64,000 nucleotides of DNA, from assembly GCA_903901225.1 (NCBI GenBank), contig CAIUQE010000049.1, positions 5,003 to 69,002 of the forward strand. Reading direction: 5' to 3'. A program made the translations under genes and the position numbers. The notes beneath the pieces are model-generated. The model saw only the letters and a list, made by a program, of their open reading frames with translations. It was not told where the DNA came from and made no database searches. The DNA comes from Candidatus Omnitrophota bacterium. GTDB lineage: Bacteria; Omnitrophota; Gorgyraeia; Zapsychrales; Fredricksoniimonadaceae. How positions within the stretch are numbered: the first letter of the stretch is position 1; every line of letters begins with the position of its first letter. Positions 18,673-26,968 of this stretch are shown here, in pieces.

Positions 18673-19302
18673 TTATTGGACAACAGACGGATGCATTTTC
18701 CGTTGAATGGCTTGAGTGGTTGGGTCACCAGTGGGCAAAGCGCTCAGCATTTGATCCAGGGCGTATTTGAGGTTTTTGACGTCCTCCCGTAAACCGGGAA
18801 CGTCCTGAGCGGTGATTTGCGCTTTAAAGTTGTTGAGTTGTTCATTGATATCGTCACATTGTTTGTTCAGATCAGGGATCTGATTTCGCGCGGCATCTGT
18901 TTTTTCTTCAACCTTGAGCAAGGTTGTCACGTAGTCTTTTTGCCAGCCGTTCATTGTTTTTTTCAGTGCGTCCGTTTCTTCGCGCGTTGTTTTTAAGGCA
19001 TCATTGGTTGTTGAAAGTATATGCGTGGTTTTGTCAGTCAGTTCTTTCTGGGAAGTCAGCAGGGAGCTTTGCTCGTTGAGCTGTCGTTTCAGGGTTTCGA
19101 TGTCAGCGCGCAGGGCGCGGGTCTGTTCGTTCTGATCGAGCAGTTTCATGTTGGCGGTCTTAAGGTCGTTGCGTTGCTGGTTGCAGGAAAAGTACAGGTA
19201 GAGGAGCATCGACACGGCCGCTATCGCGAGGATCCCGAGCGAGACAGGTCGCGCGGATTTCCGGATATTAGAAAGTAATAGTTGTGGTGTTTGCTTGTCC
19301 AT
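18673..19302 (-). CDS. Membrane-anchored coiled-coil protein
   Basis: One N-terminal TM helix, then heptad-rich Q/L/N/T/K sequence. Confidence 0.7.
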   Translation of the reverse strand: MDKQTPQLLLSNIRKSARPVSLGILAIAAVSMLLYLYFSCNQQRNDLKTANMKLLDQNEQTRALRADIETLKRQLNEQSSLLTSQKELTDKTTHILSTTNDALKTTREETDALKKTMNGWQKDYVTTLLKVEEKTDAARNQIPDLNKQCDDINEQLNNFKAQITAQDVPGLREDVKNLKYALDQMLSALPTGDPTTQAIQRKMHPSVVQ

Positions 19303-19397
19303 GGCTGCCGTTCCAGGTCACGTTTGTTTTGCCAGGAAGTATAAACCATGATTTTTCAATAAACAAGTGTTGGATGAAAATTACCCGGAGATCACCA

Positions 19398-22300
19398 ATG
19401 AAAAAGACCATAGCGTTCCTTGTTCTTGTTAGTTTTTTTGTTACAAACATCGGCCAAAGTGCAACGTATGCCCAAAGTTTTCACTTGCCCGCAGCCGGAG
19501 GCATGGTCCATCTAAGTTCACCGTTCGACCCGATAATGCTTCAAGGCATTAAAGTTCATCCTGAAGATCCGTTCAGGTTCGATTTTATTGTTGATAAGGG
19601 CGATAGCTCACTGGGTCATGATCAGTTCAAAGGGGAATCAGGAAAATTGATCCGGTACTTTCTTGCCAGTCTGACGACGCCGGAAAAAGACCTGTGGGTC
19701 AATCTTTCGCCTTACGAAAAGGATCGTGTTATTCCTGATAGTTTTGGTTTGACGGAAATGGGCCGTGACTTGCTGGCGGAAGATTACATTCTTAAACAGG
19801 TCACAGCCTCATTGATCTATCCGGAGGATGCCATAGGAAAAGAATTCTGGAAACGTGTTTATGAAGAAGCCGCAAGGAAATTTGGCAGGACAGATATCCC
19901 GCTTGATACCTTCAATAAAGTTTGGATCGTTCCCCAAAAGGCTGTGGTGTACGAGAATGTTAAAGCGGGGATAGCTTATGTCGTGGAAGCCAGGCTTAAC
20001 GTCATGCTTGAGCAGGATTATTTATCTCTCCAGCAACATGTGACAACACGACCTGAACAGGGCACGGCGGAAGAGGCCAATCAGCTGGGAAGCCAGATAG
20101 TACGTGAAGTGGTTATCCCTGAATTAACCCAAGAGATCAACCGGAACAGCAACTTTGCCCGTCTGCGACAGGTCTATAATGCATTGATCCTGGCCACATG
20201 GTACAAAAAGAAGATCAAAAACAGCATATTGTCCCGGATTTATGTCGACAAAGATAAAACGGCCGGGGTCCAATATGCCTCGACAGTCCTTCCGCCTGCA
20301 AAGGGCGTCAGGGCCAAGGATGATGTTGAGGGGATCTATCAGGAATATGTGAAAGCATTTCAAAAGGGTGTTTATAACTATATCAAGGAAAGTGAGGATC
20401 CTGTGACGGGGCAGGTTGTCCCCAGGAAATATTTTTCAGGTGGTTTTGGTGCGACAGACCTTTCCCAGGTGACGTTTGAAACGACACAAGATCCCGCGGC
20501 GGTTTCATTGGAGAAAAAGCCTCTATGGGACATATCCGTACAGCTTGCCGGTGCCAAAGGCCCGCGCGATGCGTCGATGCTTCCCAGGCCTTTGGGAATG
20601 GAACATGTTCGGGAGCTGCTGGATGCTTATATTGCTGATCACAGATCGCGGGATTTATTCCGGGATTTAAAGGGAATGGGGATCGAGCCAAACCAATTTA
20701 AAGACGTATTGCACGCGCAATTTCAGGCCATTTACCAGGATTATCCGCACGGGGCTGTGAATCCGGTGCAATTGATCAAGGAGGATCCCCGGTTGAAAGA
20801 TTTCCTGGTACGTCTTTTCACTCAAAGAAAAGTTCGCGCGGGGATGGATCCTGAGGTGATGAACAAAGTTTTTGACAAATTGATCCAATATGGGGAAGAC
20901 CCTGAATTGGCAAGGCATAAAGTTTATGAGGAGGTCATTGATTTTGAACGTGATCGGGATTGGCTCAAGTTCAGGGGGAAAAAAGATGTTTCCGACCATG
21001 GGTTAGCTCAGATTCTGCCGTTTATTCAGGATATTAACCTGCTTTCTGGGGCTACTGTTGTCAATGTGGGGGCCAATAATTCCGGGTTAGGCGCCATGAT
21101 CGCTGAAAAGTTCCCGGGTTTAAATATAGTAGATTCTGACATTGAATCAGCCAGGACCGTCGGTTGGGAAAATCCTGCGGGTCTTGCGAATCTCTCCTTT
21201 CACCATCAACCTGGCCCCATGCAGACAGGGTTTGATGATAAATCTGTTGATGTCATTATTTTAAGCAGCATGCTCCATCATGTGACGATCCAGGCTTTCG
21301 ATGGATTCATTAAAGAATTGCGCAGGATCCTTAAGCCTGGAGGGAGGATCATTTTGCGAGAAGACAGTTTTTCATATTCTGAACAGGTGGCTGCAACGGA
21401 TGGACTCAATGAGGCATTAACGCGCGAATTTTTGAGCCATGATGAACAATTCATCATTAACGCGTTCATTTTTATTGACTGGTTTGCCAATACGGTCATG
21501 AACAAGCGCATTATGCCGATGCCGTTTGATTTTCAATCACAGGAGACATGGCAAAAGGTTTTCGCGCATTACGGGTTTTCAGAAGAGAGCGCAACTACCT
21601 ACGGCATGCCTTATATGCGTTCAATGCAGGAATTCCGGTTGACGTCAAATGCAACGCCGCGTGTGCCGCTCGCCATTCGCGTTGACCCGAACACCAGGTT
21701 AAACCTTCTTTTTAGCCTTCTCTTCACACCTGTGCAGCAAAAGAGTCTGCAAATTTCCTATGGGATCAGGGACGTGGAACGTGCTGGTTGGGTGTTCAAT
21801 AAGATTCTTTCCCCTGAAACAGTTGCCGATCATAGCTGGGGAACAACGCTACTGGCATTGTTGTTGGCACCTTCAACATTGGATGTGAAGCGTGTTATCG
21901 CGATGGCCTTAATGCATGATATTGCCGAAGGTCCCATGAAGAAAGATTATCGTCCTGGAGAGATCGATGAGAAAGTAAAGCATGCCATGGAGGAAGCTGT
22001 CTTTTCAAAAGTCATACAGCCTTTTTCCCAGCGGGACGAATGGGACAGTATGTTTAAGGAGTTAAATCTGGCTACAACCCCTGAAGCAAGGTTCCTCAAA
22101 GTTGTGGACAGATTTGATATGTGGTTACAGGCGAGATTTTATAAGAAAGTGTACGGGGACAGGATCGATTTCGAAAGTTTCTTTAATAATGCCAGAGCCA
22201 TGTTTGAAAAACAGGGTGACATTGGAAAACATGTCCTGGGTATTGTTGATAATCCTTCAAAAAACAAGGACCTCCTTGACGCGCTGGACAAAATTTATGA

Positions 22301-23819
22301 ATTAAAGCTGTCATCTGAAATGAGGAAGGGATCCCCGGCTTCAGAGGCATGGACAAAAAGCTGGACATACCTGAGCACAACATCGGTAGAAAACGACATT
22401 TTACCAGGCCTAGGTTTGTTAACGTTGGCGCCCATACTTGCTCGACCAGATCTCAAGGGCTCTTTAGATGTAATTTTAGAACATTCGTATAATCCCAAGT
22501 TTTTACAGAACGTTGTTGAAACAGCCGGGAATGAGCAAAATCGCGGTTTGATCGATGATATCACGCAAATTGTCAACAGGATCTCCAATGACCGTATCAA
22601 GGGGGCGGTTCCGCAAGATACATCGATCCTGCTCAAGACAGACAAGGATATACTTCATTTTCTTCTCCTTGCGGCCCAGGATCGTCCGAAGGAATATCCA
22701 TTGGCCCGGGTTGCCGCAGGGTTTGTGGCGGGCAATGATCGTTTATCGGATGAGATCGGGGTTAATCATTATGGCTCTCATGAACATGCCGAAATAAACC
22801 TGATCTTAAGCATACTTGAAAAAGAAGCTGTCAATGTGCAGCCTAAAAGGCAAGGCAAATATGAAAAGTTGCTAAAACAGGTACGGAAGTTTGTAAAAAA
22901 GGAGAAATTAGATACTAAGAAAGGATTGTTTTTGATCCGCAAGGTCCTTAGGTTAGCGGACCAGCCGTTCAAGGATGGAAGTTTTTATGTGACACTCATG
23001 CCATGCAGTTCTTGCCAGAATATTTTGAAAGAACTCGGCCTTAAAAGGATCATTTATTCTGAAATACATCCTGATTCCCAAAAAGCAGAAAAGTGGCAGC
23101 GTCAATTTGAAAAGCTTTCCAAGAAGAATGGGATCAAAATTATTCACGTTGACATGTTGGCGGCCGAAGTTCAGCCCAATCAGCTTTTCGCTTCAATTGT
23201 CGCAAAGTCCCCGGAAGGGCATAGCCGGTTTCAGGAAGCATATCACGGGTTCATAGATCGGAACATGGATGAGGATGCCGTTGCATTAATTGACAAATGG
23301 TTGTCAGTTCATAAGAGCAAGCTTGTTGATATCATTGCGTTCTTCGGGAATGTGATGCCGGATGACGCTCCGGTTCTTTTTGATATTTTGTTTGGTCGCG
23401 TTGTGGATGTCGACAAGTTGAAGGATGTATTTCAGCGATATGGGGATACGGAAGGATTTGCTTCATATCTGAGCGCGGTCCATCGTATCTCGCATAGCAC
23501 GTATGTTGATCAAGTTATCAATAAAGCGTCCATGAGTGTTATTGAAAGAAGTCCTGATAAGGCCATGCGAACAACAGATGGTGGTATTGATCTGGGTCCG
23601 GATAAAATGAATTTGGAACTGCGGCAGGATGATGGGGAAATTCAATTTAATCTGGATCCAGGCATGGTCGAACAATTTCGGGCGGTTCCTGGTTTCGTGC
23701 CGGTTATTTTCAATATCCAGCCGATGACGAACCTGAAGATGTTTTTAGGGTTGAAGGAGCAGGGAGATCAGCAGATGATAGGCGCCGTTGCATCGACGCC
23801 GCCCGGCATGGCAACCTGA
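19398..23819 (+). CDS. Secreted modular protein, paralog 3 (cargo: class I SAM methyltransferase, HD hydrolase, Zn-dependent deaminase)
   Basis: GGAG RBS before ATG 19398, signal ..TYA|Q; conserved N-domain; LHHV..LKPGG; ETVADH..HDIAE; HAE..PCSSC; DKAM-TTD-GGIDL cap. Confidence 0.85.
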   Translation: MKKTIAFLVLVSFFVTNIGQSATYAQSFHLPAAGGMVHLSSPFDPIMLQGIKVHPEDPFRFDFIVDKGDSSLGHDQFKGESGKLIRYFLASLTTPEKDLWVNLSPYEKDRVIPDSFGLTEMGRDLLAEDYILKQVTASLIYPEDAIGKEFWKRVYEEAARKFGRTDIPLDTFNKVWIVPQKAVVYENVKAGIAYVVEARLNVMLEQDYLSLQQHVTTRPEQGTAEEANQLGSQIVREVVIPELTQEINRNSNFARLRQVYNALILATWYKKKIKNSILSRIYVDKDKTAGVQYASTVLPPAKGVRAKDDVEGIYQEYVKAFQKGVYNYIKESEDPVTGQVVPRKYFSGGFGATDLSQVTFETTQDPAAVSLEKKPLWDISVQLAGAKGPRDASMLPRPLGMEHVRELLDAYIADHRSRDLFRDLKGMGIEPNQFKDVLHAQFQAIYQDYPHGAVNPVQLIKEDPRLKDFLVRLFTQRKVRAGMDPEVMNKVFDKLIQYGEDPELARHKVYEEVIDFERDRDWLKFRGKKDVSDHGLAQILPFIQDINLLSGATVVNVGANNSGLGAMIAEKFPGLNIVDSDIESARTVGWENPAGLANLSFHHQPGPMQTGFDDKSVDVIILSSMLHHVTIQAFDGFIKELRRILKPGGRIILREDSFSYSEQVAATDGLNEALTREFLSHDEQFIINAFIFIDWFANTVMNKRIMPMPFDFQSQETWQKVFAHYGFSEESATTYGMPYMRSMQEFRLTSNATPRVPLAIRVDPNTRLNLLFSLLFTPVQQKSLQISYGIRDVERAGWVFNKILSPETVADHSWGTTLLALLLAPSTLDVKRVIAMALMHDIAEGPMKKDYRPGEIDEKVKHAMEEAVFSKVIQPFSQRDEWDSMFKELNLATTPEARFLKVVDRFDMWLQARFYKKVYGDRIDFESFFNNARAMFEKQGDIGKHVLGIVDNPSKNKDLLDALDKIYELKLSSEMRKGSPASEAWTKSWTYLSTTSVENDILPGLGLLTLAPILARPDLKGSLDVILEHSYNPKFLQNVVETAGNEQNRGLIDDITQIVNRISNDRIKGAVPQDTSILLKTDKDILHFLLLAAQDRPKEYPLARVAAGFVAGNDRLSDEIGVNHYGSHEHAEINLILSILEKEAVNVQPKRQGKYEKLLKQVRKFVKKEKLDTKKGLFLIRKVLRLADQPFKDGSFYVTLMPCSSCQNILKELGLKRIIYSEIHPDSQKAEKWQRQFEKLSKKNGIKIIHVDMLAAEVQPNQLFASIVAKSPEGHSRFQEAYHGFIDRNMDEDAVALIDKWLSVHKSKLVDIIAFFGNVMPDDAPVLFDILFGRVVDVDKLKDVFQRYGDTEGFASYLSAVHRISHSTYVDQVINKASMSVIERSPDKAMRTTDGGIDLGPDKMNLELRQDDGEIQFNLDPGMVEQFRAVPGFVPVIFNIQPMTNLKMFLGLKEQGDQQMIGAVASTPPGMAT

Positions 23820-23913
23820 AAACGACAGAGTTCACGCCGATTTCACATTCAGTCATTATTGAGATGTTACACTTTTCCCAAGATCAAGTGTCGAATTAAT
23901 AATTAGAGAAGCT

Positions 23914-26871
23914 ATGAATCTTCGTAAGAAAACTTTTATGTTTCGCTTGATGGCAGGCTGGATCATTTGCAGTTTTGTGTCTTCTGCCGTGATCCCGTCG
24001 GGTGCGCATGCCCAGGCGCTTAATTTGCCGGCGCCCGGCACCCGCATTTCTTTGAGCCCCGGTTTCACGCCGCCGCTTCTTAAGGGCATCAAGGTTTTTC
24101 CCGACGATCCGTTCCGTATTGATTTTATCCTTGATAAAGGTGATTCTGCCGGAACAGATGATCAGGTCAAGACAGATTCTAACCGGCTCATCAAGTACTT
24201 CCTCGCGTCGCTCACTGTTCCCGAAAAAGACCTTTGGGTTAATCTGTCGCCGTATGAAAAAGACCGTACTGTGCCAGATGCTTTTGGCCGGACCGAGATG
24301 GGCCGTGACCTGCTGGCCCAGGATTATATGCTGAAACAGATCACAGCATCTGTTTTCTCCCCGGATGGTGAACTCGGCAGGGCATTTTGGGCCAGGGTTT
24401 ATGCCGAAGCTCAAAAGCGTTACGGCACAACGGATATTCCGGTGGATACTTTTAACAAGGTCTGGATCATGGCGGACAAAGCCGTTGTTTACGACAACAA
24501 AGACACGGCTTTTGTTGCCGAAAGCCGCTTGAAGGTTTTGCTTGAAGAGGATTACCTGGCCTTGAAGCAGGAAGCGGGGGAGGGCCATGGTGACGCCCAC
24601 ACACTGGCTTCCAATGTGATCCGTGAGGTGATAATTCCCGCTCTTGAGAAAGAAGTCAATGAAGGCCGGAATTTCAGCACATTGCGACAGGTGTATCGGT
24701 CCCTGATCCTGGCGATATGGTACAGGAAGAAATTGCAAGGTGGGATCCTGACGCGGGCTTATGTTGGCAGGAACAAGGTGGCAGGCATCAATATCCGTGA
24801 CCCTTTTGAAAACCAGAAGATCTACAGCCGCTATGTGCAGGCATTCCGGGATGGCGCGTTTAATTACATTAAAGAAGAGGTGGACCGTTCTTCCGGGCAG
24901 ATGATCCCGCGGAAATATTTCTCCGGAGGCTTGGGTTTTATGGACGCGGCGGAGCACGTTGTCAGTTTGCCTATGAGTTACAGCGTTATGCCAGCTGTTG
25001 ACAAAGGACAGGGATGCTGTCACATCACGACACGGCTACAACCCCTTTCCAGTCCAGAACGGGTACTGGCCGCTGGCCATATTTTGTTGATACCTGACGG
25101 GAAGAACAGCACGCGCGTGGAGATGGGGATCCCGCCGGATGTCAGACTCTCTATGGTCGAGAAGATGCGCAAGGCCGAAGATTTTTCCATGACGAGCGAT
25201 GGTCAGGGATCCAGGCGCCTGAGATTCAGGATCAACAGTTCGGTAGAGAAGATCAGGAGTTTTCTGAATTTTGTTCCCTGGGAGCGGCATGCGGCCAAGG
25301 TCCTGGTGGCCGGGACAATGGTCTTTTCGTTTGTTGCGCTTTCATCACAGGTGCCGGAACGCGCCATCACCGTGGTGGACATGGTGCTGGTCGCGTTTAT
25401 CCTGCTTCTGGAATTGCTGGAGCGCCAGGAAAAGAGATTTCTTTCGGACCATGATTATTGGCTGAAGGTGCTGGAACGTTTCTATGACCAGGGGGTGTTC
25501 TCTAACGGTCATTCCGCACAGGAAGTGATGAGATTTTATCGTCGCTATTATCAGGAATTTGTGGACAACCTGGATGATGACCGGGAAGAAGAGACCCTGG
25601 AGTTGCTGGTCGGGACTTTGCCTGAGAAGGATATTCTGGATCTGACACACACGCCGCGCACAAAGTTCGAGGAGCGTCTCGGGTGGGCCTGGAGCAGGCG
25701 TGCGGAGAAATATAAGGAATTTATGAAGGCCCATCAAGGCTATGGGCACGTATTCCAAGCCAGCGGCCAGGAGAATTTGAAGGGTTTATCCCAGGAATTC
25801 GTGACACAGGCGTTGCAATTTTATAATACCCAGGACCATGCGGTCAGGTATTTTCTGAGCAAAACAGAGCGGGACGATCTGGCCAGGTTCCTGGCCGGGC
25901 ATATACCGGCCATACAAAAGTCCCGGATCATTGATGTGGGACCGCACCAGCCAAGCGTTATTCAGCAGTTGATGTACTGGGATCTTGTCTACCAGGCCGT
26001 GGATACGTTTTCATCGTCGTCAAAGGATGATTCCCAATCGACTGAAAAAGAGATGTCGATGAAAATAAGGAATGAGCTGGAAGGATTCGGCTTTGATTGG
26101 CGCAACGGGAAAGTCTTCTGGGATCCGCTGAAGAACAGGCATGCTGAATGGGATCCGGACATCTCATGGGTTCCAAAGGATGGTGGGTTGGATGTCAAGG
26201 AAATGGGAGACTTGCCATCTCTTGAAATTGAAGGCATGTTGCCTTATACAGCGTCATCACATGCCTTGTTCCTGAGTGTGGTCGACATTAAAGGACGCCG
26301 TCTACCCGTGGTTATTAAGCAGTATGATGATGTATCAGGGGGTGTAGGTTATTATGTTATGGCGTTTGTTCCTGGGGAAGCAAGGACATTATCGAGAATC
26401 AGTTCTTTGGAGAGGGACGGATTCCTGCCCCTTGATCTGGTAGATAAACGTAAGCAGGTCACCAGGTTCTTTGTTAAAAAATTTTATCATCCTCCTGAGG
26501 AATTTATTTATACGCCCAAGGGTAATGTGATCCCCATTGATCCGGAAGAGTTTGATAGCATGGCCGGAACGTTGAAGGTGCCCTCCGTAGAGCCTGCCAA
26601 GGCATATATTTGGGGCCAGTTAGGTGGGCCGGAATTCTATGGCCTTGTCAAATTTTCAATAAATGGCAGCGGTCAGACGCATGAGAACGAGGGAGGGGTC
26701 GATCTGACCACGGGCACGATAGACTGGCGGGCCCAAGATCAGGGGGGAAGAGAAGGATCGGATACCGACTTTGCCATGTTGCGGGGCCTGGACAGGGTCA
26801 CAGGTATTTCGCCCATGATCGTGAGTATCCAACCCGTGACGGACATGAAATCATTTTTCCATATAAAATAA
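23914..26871 (+). CDS. Secreted modular protein, paralog 4 (cargo: TM hairpin, helical region, kinase-like domain)
   Basis: Signal ..AHA|Q; conserved N-domain to PRKYFSGG; GGVDL..GISPMI cap. Confidence 0.85.
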   Translation: MNLRKKTFMFRLMAGWIICSFVSSAVIPSGAHAQALNLPAPGTRISLSPGFTPPLLKGIKVFPDDPFRIDFILDKGDSAGTDDQVKTDSNRLIKYFLASLTVPEKDLWVNLSPYEKDRTVPDAFGRTEMGRDLLAQDYMLKQITASVFSPDGELGRAFWARVYAEAQKRYGTTDIPVDTFNKVWIMADKAVVYDNKDTAFVAESRLKVLLEEDYLALKQEAGEGHGDAHTLASNVIREVIIPALEKEVNEGRNFSTLRQVYRSLILAIWYRKKLQGGILTRAYVGRNKVAGINIRDPFENQKIYSRYVQAFRDGAFNYIKEEVDRSSGQMIPRKYFSGGLGFMDAAEHVVSLPMSYSVMPAVDKGQGCCHITTRLQPLSSPERVLAAGHILLIPDGKNSTRVEMGIPPDVRLSMVEKMRKAEDFSMTSDGQGSRRLRFRINSSVEKIRSFLNFVPWERHAAKVLVAGTMVFSFVALSSQVPERAITVVDMVLVAFILLLELLERQEKRFLSDHDYWLKVLERFYDQGVFSNGHSAQEVMRFYRRYYQEFVDNLDDDREEETLELLVGTLPEKDILDLTHTPRTKFEERLGWAWSRRAEKYKEFMKAHQGYGHVFQASGQENLKGLSQEFVTQALQFYNTQDHAVRYFLSKTERDDLARFLAGHIPAIQKSRIIDVGPHQPSVIQQLMYWDLVYQAVDTFSSSSKDDSQSTEKEMSMKIRNELEGFGFDWRNGKVFWDPLKNRHAEWDPDISWVPKDGGLDVKEMGDLPSLEIEGMLPYTASSHALFLSVVDIKGRRLPVVIKQYDDVSGGVGYYVMAFVPGEARTLSRISSLERDGFLPLDLVDKRKQVTRFFVKKFYHPPEEFIYTPKGNVIPIDPEEFDSMAGTLKVPSVEPAKAYIWGQLGGPEFYGLVKFSINGSGQTHENEGGVDLTTGTIDWRAQDQGGREGSDTDFAMLRGLDRVTGISPMIVSIQPVTDMKSFFHIK

Positions 26872-26968
26872 TTCGTGTTTGCTGCGGATATGTCTGTGCA
26901 GAATTATGTTGTCGTTGGCAAGATACAAACATGTTACAACATAAAAGGATATATTTCATATTTTAGGC

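Noticed and set aside
23864-26938. Shared ATGTTACA upstream of paralogs 4 and 5 as a specific operator
   Set aside because: More simply explained as extended -10 elements (TGnTACACT / TGnTACAAC); only two instances
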